Source of the DNA: an uncultured archaeon
Lineage (GTDB): Archaea; Asgardarchaeota; Lokiarchaeia; Sigyniarchaeales; SOKP01
Length of the DNA stretch: 19,674 bases
Direction of reading: 5' to 3'
Assembly (NCBI GenBank): GCA_964525635.1
Contig: CAZGJX010000085.1
Coordinates: forward strand, 1-19,674
Shown: positions 1 through 8,283 of the stretch, piece after piece
How positions within the stretch are numbered: position 1 is the stretch's first letter
Layout: each line of letters begins with the position of its first letter
Made by a program: the position numbers and the translations under genes
Notes under the pieces: model-generated
What the model was told of the DNA's origin: nothing
Seen by the model: only the letters and a program-made list of their open reading frames with translations
Databases searched by the model: none

Positions 1-15
1 GTTTTGGAAGTATAA
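1..15 (+). CDS. Possible 3' end of an upstream gene (…VLEV*), partial
   Basis: GTT TTG GAA GTA TAA at 1-15, followed by an A-run and a structured region. Only 4 codons are visible, so this could be chance. Confidence 0.25.
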   Translation, partial: VLEV

Positions 16-22
16 AAAAAAA

Positions 23-92
23 GTGATTGCTTAACTTAATGACATTGCTGTAAAGGGAGGGGTTTTCTTGAGCAATTATGATAAAAACTTAA
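23..92 (+). other. Hairpin-forming element, candidate eukaryote-like SECIS
   Basis: ATGAC (39-43), stem ATTGCT (44-49)/AGCAAT (71-76), AAA (52-54), apical pairing AAGGGA/TTTCTT, 3' TGAT (79-82). An alternative 10-bp helix is 23-32/70-79. The fit to SECIS geometry is imperfect. Confidence 0.3.
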
Positions 93-117
93 AAAAATAT
101 GAAAAAAAAACATAAGG

Positions 118-1224
118 TTAGAGTTGTTGATAGATATTTACACATAATTCTTGTATTTGTTTATAATCATAAAAGTCTTTAGAATTTCCAATCAAGACTA
201 GAGCAAAATTATTGAAATTCATACAAATTGTAGTGAGTTCTTCTCCATTAATTATAGATATTAGCATAATTCTATTAAAGAGCTCTTCACTAGATTTCTT
301 AGAGGCTGTTAAAAAACTAATTGTTTCTGGGATATATTCACTACAATCATATGTTTTATCTATAATCTTCTTAAAAAATATTTTGCCAACTAAATCAACT
401 AAAAACAATTGCTTTATATTATGGTTGAATTTGATAATTTCAAATTTTTCTACTATTTTCTGTGGTTTTTTCAGATATTTATCTTTTGTTTTAAAATAGG
501 GAAATTCAAGGATTTTTTGGCTTTTAAATATGATTTCATTCTCATAAATTTTGGTTATAATTATTTTATTTCTATTTTCTATGAGTAAAAACTTATTTTC
601 TATAGTATTTAATAAAATCCATTTTATTTCTTGATTTAAATAATTTTTATATAATAATTTGGAGGAGTTTACCAATAGAGGAATCAAAAAACTCATTTTT
701 TCTTTATTTATATATTCTTTTGCATGAGTATAAAAGATATTTCCCCCCTTGCTTTCTATAAAGAGTATTGCTTTCAGAGTTTTTTTTTTATCAATTTCTA
801 ATTGTGAATCTCTTAATATATCTAATCCATAATCTATTAGAATTTGAGTTATGATGACATCAAATAATCTAAATTTTAATACATTTCCATTAAATTCTTG
901 ATCTAATTCTTGCTTAAAATTTAATATAAATTGATCCATTACTTCATGAATAAAAGCATGTAATAGTTCAATTATAGTCTCATTTTTAGTTGTAACTACA
1001 AATACAAGTTTTTGAAATAAATCTTCTTTCTTCTCAAATAATATAAGAGTTTCCTTTAATTTTAGAGATTTTATATCTTCTCCTCTTTCTATGGTTGCAA
1101 AACTATTCAAAGCGGTAAGAAATCCACTAATTAAATCATCATTAAAATCTTCATCATTTCCTTTTTCATGCCAGCTATATATTGCTTGACCAGCTTCATT
1201 AATAACTAATAAATCTTCAATCAT
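118..1224 (-). CDS. Multi-domain longin/roadblock-fold protein (Asgard eukaryotic-signature-like)
   Basis: N-terminal longin pattern 'LLVINEAGQAIYS…DDLISGFLTALNSFA…IKSLKL…LILFEK…LVFVVT', then two more beta-hairpin/helix/3-strand units beginning 'LKAILFIESKGGNIFY' and 'IKQLFLVDLVGKIFF'. Confidence 0.7.
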   Translation of the reverse strand: MIEDLLVINEAGQAIYSWHEKGNDEDFNDDLISGFLTALNSFATIERGEDIKSLKLKETLILFEKKEDLFQKLVFVVTTKNETIIELLHAFIHEVMDQFILNFKQELDQEFNGNVLKFRLFDVIITQILIDYGLDILRDSQLEIDKKKTLKAILFIESKGGNIFYTHAKEYINKEKMSFLIPLLVNSSKLLYKNYLNQEIKWILLNTIENKFLLIENRNKIIITKIYENEIIFKSQKILEFPYFKTKDKYLKKPQKIVEKFEIIKFNHNIKQLFLVDLVGKIFFKKIIDKTYDCSEYIPETISFLTASKKSSEELFNRIMLISIINGEELTTICMNFNNFALVLIGNSKDFYDYKQIQELCVNIYQQL

Positions 1225-1245
1225 TTTTAACCATCTATTTGAAGT

Positions 1246-1256
1246 TTTATATAAAA
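1246..1256 (-). promoter_or_regulatory. Candidate archaeal TATA box for the longin gene
   Basis: TTTATATA on the minus strand about 25-30 nt upstream of the ATG at 1224. The AT-rich background lowers specificity. Confidence 0.35.
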
Positions 1257-1330
1257 AATAAAAAGAACAATTATTAATTAATCCAGAGGATTATTAATGT
1301 TTTTGTGAATTATAATGTTTAAATGATATA

Positions 1331-1340
1331 TTTATATAAA
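1331..1340 (+). promoter_or_regulatory. Candidate archaeal TATA box for the CCG gene
   Basis: TTTATATAAA about 30 nt upstream of the ATG at 1369, consistent with a leaderless or short-leader transcript. Confidence 0.4.
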
Positions 1341-1368
1341 ATCTGTGTTTTTATAAAAGAGATCGAAA

Positions 1369-2352
1369 ATGAAAAAGAGAATTAAGGATCGAGAAAATTA
1401 TCCTACTAAGGAAATAGAGCCAGAGAATTTCATATCTGATCAAAAAGTAAAAGAATTAGTTAATAATGTAGAAAACATCAAATTCGAAAAAAAAGACTTC
1501 TACAAGATCTATAATTGTATTCATTGTGGTGAATGTCCAACAGAAGAAAAAAGAATTCAATTAAAACAAATATTTTTAAAACAAGGTTATTCTTTTGAAG
1601 GATGGGAAGAATTAGTTGATAATTTTAAAAAATATAGAACACCTTATCCTACTAATAAAATGCGTATTAAATTACCAGAAGGAATACCAGAGGACTCAAC
1701 AACATTGTTTTTTATGGGATGTTTGTCAACAATCAGAATTCCTAACTATACAGAAAATGCAATTAAATATTTGTTAAAAAAGGAAGTTAATTTTACAATT
1801 TTAGATGAAGAAATCTGCTGTGGATGGCCCTGGTATGTTTCAGGCTCATTAAATGAACTAAATACCTGTATGAGTGAAAATATAGAAATCTTTGAAAATT
1901 ATGATCGAATAATCTGTCTATGTCCTGCATGTTATCATCTATTCAAAAATGAATATTTAAGTATATTAAAAAATAAACCTGAAATAAAGTATATTTCTGA
2001 TTATTTGACTCCAACAATAGAGAAAAAAACAGGAAATGTCGCTTTTCAACATTTATGTCAATTAATGTTTCGAGGAGGGGAGAAGACTGATAAATTTGTA
2101 GAAAACATTTTTAAACAGAGTGGTTATAATATTATTGATATACCTCATTGGTGTTGTGGACATGGAATAGGTAGAATGCATAGAATAGATATTATTGATA
2201 AGATTGGTGAAAAAAGAATAGAAGATTTTGATAAAGACAATATTGATTATGTTACTACTTATTGTGTTAGTTGTTGGTGGTGGCTTGATAGATATGGTAA
2301 GAAATTCAAAATCAAACCAAAAATAAAGGATATCTTTGAATTATTAATATAA
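1369..2352 (+). CDS. (Fe-S)-binding CCG-domain protein, heterodisulfide reductase HdrB/HdrD/GlpC-related
   Basis: CIHCGECP motif, then two CCG units: FMGC…ICCGWP…LCPAC and QHLC…WCCGHG…YCVSC. Confidence 0.85.
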   Translation: MKKRIKDRENYPTKEIEPENFISDQKVKELVNNVENIKFEKKDFYKIYNCIHCGECPTEEKRIQLKQIFLKQGYSFEGWEELVDNFKKYRTPYPTNKMRIKLPEGIPEDSTTLFFMGCLSTIRIPNYTENAIKYLLKKEVNFTILDEEICCGWPWYVSGSLNELNTCMSENIEIFENYDRIICLCPACYHLFKNEYLSILKNKPEIKYISDYLTPTIEKKTGNVAFQHLCQLMFRGGEKTDKFVENIFKQSGYNIIDIPHWCCGHGIGRMHRIDIIDKIGEKRIEDFDKDNIDYVTTYCVSCWWWLDRYGKKFKIKPKIKDIFELLI

Positions 2353-2566
2353 ATATTAAATCATAGCATTAATGATAAAAAAAATAGAAGTTTAAATAGA
2401 AATTAAATCTTATTTAAAAATGGAATTTATAAAGTTAAAACTATCCTTGTTGAATTAATTATTTTATTAAAAATCTCATCAAGCAATTTTATTTTTTATT
2501 AGATAAATAAATATTAATTATAACAATTTCAAATTATTTAAGAGAAAGATAAGAAAGCCTTATAAA

Positions 2567-3259
2567 ATGTTGTTAACAAACTTCGAAAAAGAACTAGTTA
2601 AAAAAGAAATGCAAAAATTAAAAAATAAAATAAGGTTAATAGTTTTTACAGATTTTAAAACTAAGGGAGATGGAAAGAAATATAGAAATTGTTCGATTTG
2701 CAATAGAGTTTTAAATATTTTAAATACATTAGAGAATTCGTCTGAGGGTAAATTAAGCATAGAAGAATTATCAATAAAAGAGAAAATAGAATTTGTTGAA
2801 AAATATAGTATCAAACGAATTCCTACGATTTTATTTTTTAAAGATAACGATGAAGAAATAATAAAATATTCTGCAGGTTTAAATGGTAATCATCTAATTC
2901 CATTTATAAAAAGTATCCAATATCTTTCTGGTATTAATCCTTTCTATAAAGATCAAATCATGACAAATCTTAATAAGATAAATAAATCAGAAATAAAATT
3001 ATTTATTACTCAGACTTGTTCATACTGCCCAGAAGTCATCCCACTAGTTAATTTATTTGCTTTAAATTCTAATGGTAAAATTAAAGTAGAAATTATCGAT
3101 ATCGACACATATCCCGATATAGCAAAGCAATATAATATAACAGGGGTACCAGATACAATGATAAATAAAAAGGAGCATATATATGGTGCATTTACAGCTC
3201 AAGATCTTTTAGAAAAATTAACCAAGGGAAAAAGAGACTTTGGGGGTATGTATTCATAA
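2567..3259 (+). CDS. Protein-disulfide oxidoreductase (PDO; two thioredoxin folds, AhpF N-terminal-domain-like)
   Basis: Two CxxC motifs (CSIC, CSYC), each with a cis-Pro loop (RIPT, GVPD); about 230 aa, the usual archaeal PDO size. Confidence 0.88.
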   Translation: MLLTNFEKELVKKEMQKLKNKIRLIVFTDFKTKGDGKKYRNCSICNRVLNILNTLENSSEGKLSIEELSIKEKIEFVEKYSIKRIPTILFFKDNDEEIIKYSAGLNGNHLIPFIKSIQYLSGINPFYKDQIMTNLNKINKSEIKLFITQTCSYCPEVIPLVNLFALNSNGKIKVEIIDIDTYPDIAKQYNITGVPDTMINKKEHIYGAFTAQDLLEKLTKGKRDFGGMYS

Positions 3260-3278
3260 TTAATTATTATAAATTTAA

Positions 3279-3283
3279 GAGGT
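3279..3283 (+). promoter_or_regulatory. Shine-Dalgarno-like site for the second PDO
   Basis: GAGGT ending 7 nt before the ATG at 3291, as expected for an internal operon gene. Confidence 0.5.
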
Positions 3284-3290
3284 ATGAATT

Positions 3291-3977
3291 ATGAGTTCAG
3301 AAAATGATTATAAACAAATTATACAAAATGAGATGAGAAAACTTAAAAAGAAAGTTAAACTTAAGGTATTTACTTCTTTAAAAACAGAAGTAGATGGCTC
3401 CAAAGTAAGGAAATGTGTTGATTGCGAACAAACAATGCAATTGTTAAGAATATATCAAGAAAATTCAAATGGATTATTAGAGATAGAAGAATTGTCTATC
3501 TATGATGCTCCAGAATATACTAAGAAATTCGACATTCAAAGGGTACCTACAATTATGTTTATTAATGATAATGGTAAAGAAATTATACGTTATTTAGCTA
3601 ATCCTATAGGACAAGAAATCCAACCATTTGTAAAAGCAATATTTGCAATTGGAGGTAGCCCAAATTATTATGAAAATATCCTTAAACAGTATTTAGACCG
3701 AATATCTCCTTCAACAATTAAAGTCATGATAACAATGCAATGTCCATATTGTCCAAACTTGGTCGAAGCAGCAAATTTATTTGCAATTGCATCAGAAGGA
3801 AAGATTCGATCAGTAATAGTTGATATAATGGGAAATCCAGATATAGGTCAATATTATAATGCTTCAGGCGTACCATATACTATCATTAATGAACGGCCAG
3901 CAATACAAGGAATGATTCCCGCTCATGAATTATTGCGTGAATTAATAGGTTCAAATATCAATATTCAACATAGATAG
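3291..3977 (+). CDS. Protein-disulfide oxidoreductase (PDO), tandem paralog
   Basis: CVDC and CPYC motifs with RVPT/GVPY loops. Collinear with the upstream ORF (EMxKLKxKxxLxVFT; ENSxGxLxIEELSI). Confidence 0.9.
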   Translation: MSSENDYKQIIQNEMRKLKKKVKLKVFTSLKTEVDGSKVRKCVDCEQTMQLLRIYQENSNGLLEIEELSIYDAPEYTKKFDIQRVPTIMFINDNGKEIIRYLANPIGQEIQPFVKAIFAIGGSPNYYENILKQYLDRISPSTIKVMITMQCPYCPNLVEAANLFAIASEGKIRSVIVDIMGNPDIGQYYNASGVPYTIINERPAIQGMIPAHELLRELIGSNINIQHR

Positions 3978-4024
3978 AAAATTCTATTTAAATTTATTAT
4001 TATTAAATTTATAAATTTTGTATA

Positions 4025-5185
4025 TTATAGATTTTTAATGCTTTCAGATGATTTTGGATTTAAAGGAACAGAAATTTCAAATGTGGTTCCATTTTCTTCT
4101 GATGTGGTAAAATTAACATTTCCATTCAAATAGGAACTTAATAGTTTCATACTATAAGTTCCTAATCCACGATTTGGACCTTTTGTTGAAAAAGTTCGTT
4201 GAAATATTTGAAATTGAACTTTTTGGGGGATATAACCTTGATTGTTTACCCAAAATTTTAATTTATTTTCTCCAACAATACATCCAATCTTAATAATAGA
4301 ATCGCGGACTACTGCTTCTAATGCATTTTTTATCATATTATCTATAATTCTACTAAGAATTGTTTTATCTGTAATAAAATCTATGCTTTCTGAATTAGGA
4401 TCTATTAAAATTTTAATATTTTTCGATTTTAATTCATCTTCGTAATGATTAATAATATTTTTTAGAAAATCAATAGAATGCAAAGTTATATAATTTAAAG
4501 TAAGATTATTCTGCTCTGCATCATTTAATAATTGTTGAGATAGAATTTGTTCTGTGAGAATATTAGCAAAATAATATAAATTTTTTATATATTTCTTATT
4601 TTCATCTATATTTTTGGAATATTTTAATAAATCAAGCGAAAGTGTTAATCCATTGATTATATTAAGTAAGTCATGAAAAAATATTCTCTCGAGGATACGT
4701 CGTCGTTTTTCATGTCCAATATCTTTAATTGAAACAGAATAAAATTGATCATTATTGATTTTCAAAGGATGGGACCATATCCGCAATATATGCGACTTAT
4801 TGAATTCAGTGACTAGCCTACAATCGTTAATGGCAGGATTTCCTTCTTGACTTTTAAGTATAACATTTAGACATCCACAATAAGGACATACTTTTGAAGT
4901 TCCGCATCCACCTTTTCCTTCTTTAGCACGAATACAATGAAATACCTCTCCAGGTCTTTTACCTGTAATTTCTGAAATATCCTCAATCTCTGCAAATTCT
5001 AAAGCTGCCTTATTCATATATACAACTTGCCTATATTCATTTAAAATCAAAAAAATTATTGGAATTGAATTAAGAATATTATCAATAACAATAAACTTTT
5101 TTAAAGTCATTATCTGATTTTCTAATTTATCATCAGAAGCACGCTGAGAAAGGTTTTTAATATAATTATCTGTTTTTTCTGACAT
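4025..5185 (-). CDS. Cytoplasmic PAS-domain sensor histidine kinase with Cys-rich insert
   Basis: PAS ('VVYMNKAALEF…GKRPGEVFHC'), H-box FHDLLN, N-box NMIKNALEA, IFQRTFSTKG and RGLG. No transmembrane segment seen. Confidence 0.9.
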   Translation of the reverse strand: MSEKTDNYIKNLSQRASDDKLENQIMTLKKFIVIDNILNSIPIIFLILNEYRQVVYMNKAALEFAEIEDISEITGKRPGEVFHCIRAKEGKGGCGTSKVCPYCGCLNVILKSQEGNPAINDCRLVTEFNKSHILRIWSHPLKINNDQFYSVSIKDIGHEKRRRILERIFFHDLLNIINGLTLSLDLLKYSKNIDENKKYIKNLYYFANILTEQILSQQLLNDAEQNNLTLNYITLHSIDFLKNIINHYEDELKSKNIKILIDPNSESIDFITDKTILSRIIDNMIKNALEAVVRDSIIKIGCIVGENKLKFWVNNQGYIPQKVQFQIFQRTFSTKGPNRGLGTYSMKLLSSYLNGNVNFTTSEENGTTFEISVPLNPKSSESIKNL

Positions 5186-5355
5186 ATCTATTATTAGATT
5201 TAAAAATAAATTATTTATTAAAGATCAATAAATAGAAATAAAAAATACATTTTTATAATATTTTATATTTTGAAATAAAAAACAGTATAATATAAACTAA
5301 AATTAATTTTAACTTATTTTATATTATTACCATATAAAAATCTAAAATAAAGATT

Positions 5356-6294
5356 ATGTATAATATTGAAGAATTAGATCCAGATAAAATATATGATATC
5401 ATTATAGTTGGCACAGGAACATCAGGTTTAGGTTGTGCAATATATGCAGCAAGATTTGCAATGGATCTATTAGTAATAGGAAAAGCATACGGAGGATTAA
5501 TAACAACTACGCATATTGTTGAAAATTATCCCGGAATTTCATCAACCACAGGTCCTGAACTGATGGAAATGTTTCGAGAACATATCAATTCCTTGAATAT
5601 ACCTTATATTATGGATGATATACGAGAAATCCACAAGGAAAATGATTATCTCGTATTAAAATCTTTTTTTGGATTCTTTAAAACGAAATCAATTTGTATT
5701 GCAACGGGATCTGAACATAAGAAACTAAATATACCAGGCGAAGTTGAATATACAGGAAAGGGTGTATCTTATTGTGCCACATGTGATGGTCCTTTTTTTA
5801 AAGATAAAGTTGTTGCTGTGATTGGAGGAAGTGATTCTGCAGCTAAAGAAGCCTTATATCTTACAAAACATGCAAAAAAGGTTTATATCATATATCGTAA
5901 AGGGGATATAAGAGCAGAGCCAATTAATAAGCAGAGAGTTCTTGATAATGAGAAAATAGAAATAATTTATAATACAATTATTAAAGAAATAAAAGGAAAT
6001 GAAAAAGTCGAATCAGTTATTTTTGAAAACGATGAAGAATTTACAGTACAGGGTGTTTTTATTGAAATCGGGTCTATTCCCAATTCTAAACTTGCTAAAC
6101 AGATTGGAGTAATTACAAATGAAAAAGATGAAATAATTATAAATAGAAAATCTGAAACCAATATTCCAGGTATTTTTGCTGCAGGTGATGTGGCAGACTC
6201 CCCTTTTAAACAAGCAATTACAGGTGTTGCTGAAGGTGTGATCGCTGCTTATTCTGCTTTTGATTTTCTTAAGAATAAAAAGATTGAATATTAA
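5356..6294 (+). CDS. trxB: Thioredoxin-disulfide reductase
   Basis: FAD motif IVGTGTSG, VENYPG, IATG, active site GVSYCATCDG, NAD(P)H motif VIGGSDSA…YRK, and GIFAAGD. Confidence 0.93.
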   Translation: MYNIEELDPDKIYDIIIVGTGTSGLGCAIYAARFAMDLLVIGKAYGGLITTTHIVENYPGISSTTGPELMEMFREHINSLNIPYIMDDIREIHKENDYLVLKSFFGFFKTKSICIATGSEHKKLNIPGEVEYTGKGVSYCATCDGPFFKDKVVAVIGGSDSAAKEALYLTKHAKKVYIIYRKGDIRAEPINKQRVLDNEKIEIIYNTIIKEIKGNEKVESVIFENDEEFTVQGVFIEIGSIPNSKLAKQIGVITNEKDEIIINRKSETNIPGIFAAGDVADSPFKQAITGVAEGVIAAYSAFDFLKNKKIEY

Positions 6295-6519
6295 CCTTAT
6301 TGATCAATTTCTATTTAAAATAAAAAAACCTGTAGATAAATTATATTAAAAAAAAAAAGGACTATGTGTTTTATTTAATACCTCTAATATATAATTATTT
6401 CATATTTTTTACTTTTTATTACACAAAAATAAATCAGAAATTTGTTAATCTCTCTTATTATTTTAATATATTCTTCATTATAATCATATTCCAATAATTC
6501 GGGAGGGTTGATAAAAAAA

Positions 6520-6648
6520 ATGGATTATAAAATTATTATTCAGGAATTAGAAGCTTTAAAACAATCTGCATCAAAACAAAAATGTATTCCTTTAGCAAAT
6601 AAAATTCAATCTTATATAAATAATATCAAAAACTTCCATAAACAATAG
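6520..6648 (+). CDS. Small 42-aa hypothetical protein (not in the ORF track)
   Basis: MDYKIIIQELEALKQSASKQKCIPLANKIQSYINNIKNFHKQ*. GGGAGGG lies at 6501-6507 upstream and T-tracts lie downstream. Amphipathic two-helix pattern. Confidence 0.5.
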   Translation: MDYKIIIQELEALKQSASKQKCIPLANKIQSYINNIKNFHKQ

Positions 6649-6732
6649 TTTATTTTTAATTATAGGTTTTTTTTTTCTTGAATTTTAAAAATAAAAGATT
6701 TTTAGTATTTATGGTTTATTTCTTGTTATTTA

Positions 6733-7248
6733 CTATGATTGTTTATTTAATTTAGGTAATTCTCTCATTAATCTTTTTATAAATAGTTTATTGTATTCCT
6801 GTTGATTTGGATTAGATTGTACGTAAGATAATATTTTTTTCTTAGCAGGTACTAAATATGGTAAGATTTTATACTCAAAGTATCCTTTTCGTTCTTTAAA
6901 GCCATCTTTAGATTCATAGTTTGGTTCCCGTTCTAGCTTAAAATTAAATGCTATAATAATAAAGGAATCTGTTTTAATTTGCTCTAATAATCCTAATTCT
7001 ACAATAGTTAATATTAAACCATTTTCAAATATACTATTAATTGAGCTGAATTTAAACAATTTCATCTCAGGATGAGTAAAAGCAACATAATTGGGAGTAA
7101 ATAAAACATGAGATTTCCATACGTATTTTTTTTTTAAAAGAAAAAATTTTACTTCACATAAAGTGCTATAAATGATTTCTTCTCCTTCAGGAATCAATTT
7201 ACTCAAATTAGAAAAATTAATAGGTATAAATAAATCTGACATTTTCAA
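6733..7248 (-). CDS. Hypothetical protein, possibly PH-like fold
   Basis: 171-aa ORF with host-like composition. The annotated start is TTG, with an alternative ATG at 7242. 'IPEGEEIIYS…HVLFTPNYVAF' recalls the bacterial-PH pattern (L..gE.i….l.lT..r..f). Confidence 0.7.
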   Translation of the reverse strand: MKMSDLFIPINFSNLSKLIPEGEEIIYSTLCEVKFFLLKKKYVWKSHVLFTPNYVAFTHPEMKLFKFSSINSIFENGLILTIVELGLLEQIKTDSFIIIAFNFKLEREPNYESKDGFKERKGYFEYKILPYLVPAKKKILSYVQSNPNQQEYNKLFIKRLMRELPKLNKQS

Positions 7249-7329
7249 TTTTCTCTATAGGTATTTTTTTATTAAAGATAGTAATCCATTTTTATTATTT
7301 AAATAATATTAATCCAAATGAAAGTACTT

Positions 7330-8217
7330 TTAAATAATAGAATTAGTTAAAATTTCTGAGATATTTTCCCAATATTTTTGTAAATCCCCTTTCATTTTAT
7401 TTTTAATTTTATCTGATAATTCTGCAAAAACCTTTTTTAACATTAATGAATCAAGATAGTTTATTTTAGGAGCAATGACACCTAACATGTATTCCTGTTC
7501 TCCAGATCTTCGACTTTCGTCAGGATAAGAATCAAAATAAATATAACCTTGCTTTTTAATATTATCTATATTTAACAATATCCCTTCAGCTTTAGTAAAA
7601 CCTTCCTGCCCATAGATGGTAGATGCAGCATTGTATAATTGAAAACTAATTTTTTCTATTGAATAGGTGAGTTTTTTTTTAGTTGTATAAAATTCTTTCA
7701 ATTTTGGACCATAAGCATCATCCCATAAAACCCAACATAAAATGATTTCATCCAAATCTTCATCTAAGTTTTCAGTTTGTTTTGATATATTTAATGTAGA
7801 TAACAGGTTAAATATCTCTTTACTGATTAATTGGGAATTTTTTTTTCGTTCCAATTTTCCTTTTATAATAGCAATCAGATCTTCTTCCTTAAATGGTTTA
7901 GTTATATAATCATCAATTCCTAACATTTTACCAAATCTAACGTCTTCAGGGGCAGTTTTTGCAGATAAGAAAATAAATGGTATATGATTCCAACTAGGAT
8001 TTGAAGTTATTTTTGAAAATAATTCATATCCATTCATTTCAGGCATCATTATATCACTAATAATTACTTCTGGAGGATTTTTAAGTGTTAATAACGTTTC
8101 TAATGCTTCCTTACCATTATTTGAAGTAATTACTTCAAAATTATTTAAAGTTAGAATTATCTTTAGATTAGCCAATATATCTTGATAATCATCAATAACT
8201 AAAATTAAAGGTTTCAA
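7330..8217 (-). CDS. Response regulator: REC domain plus C-terminal uDENN/longin-like domain
   Basis: Intact receiver (VIDD, ISDIMMPEMNG, FLSA, TKPF). The C-terminal domain starts IILCWVLWDDAYGPKL. No HTH. TTG start. Confidence 0.88.
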   Translation of the reverse strand: MKPLILVIDDYQDILANLKIILTLNNFEVITSNNGKEALETLLTLKNPPEVIISDIMMPEMNGYELFSKITSNPSWNHIPFIFLSAKTAPEDVRFGKMLGIDDYITKPFKEEDLIAIIKGKLERKKNSQLISKEIFNLLSTLNISKQTENLDEDLDEIILCWVLWDDAYGPKLKEFYTTKKKLTYSIEKISFQLYNAASTIYGQEGFTKAEGILLNIDNIKKQGYIYFDSYPDESRRSGEQEYMLGVIAPKINYLDSLMLKKVFAELSDKIKNKMKGDLQKYWENISEILTNSII

Positions 8218-8283
8218 TGGATGAATTCTTTAATGAATGATTTTAATATTTAAAATTATAATATTATCAAATATAAACTATTT

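Noticed and set aside
1369-6294. Selenocysteine recoding in the redox genes of this window
   Set aside because: The visible active sites use Cys codons and these ORFs end in TAA/TAG, so no TGA read-through is needed.
5356-6294. AhpF rather than TrxB
   Set aside because: It is 312 aa with no N-terminal double-thioredoxin domain; that module is encoded separately by the PDO genes.
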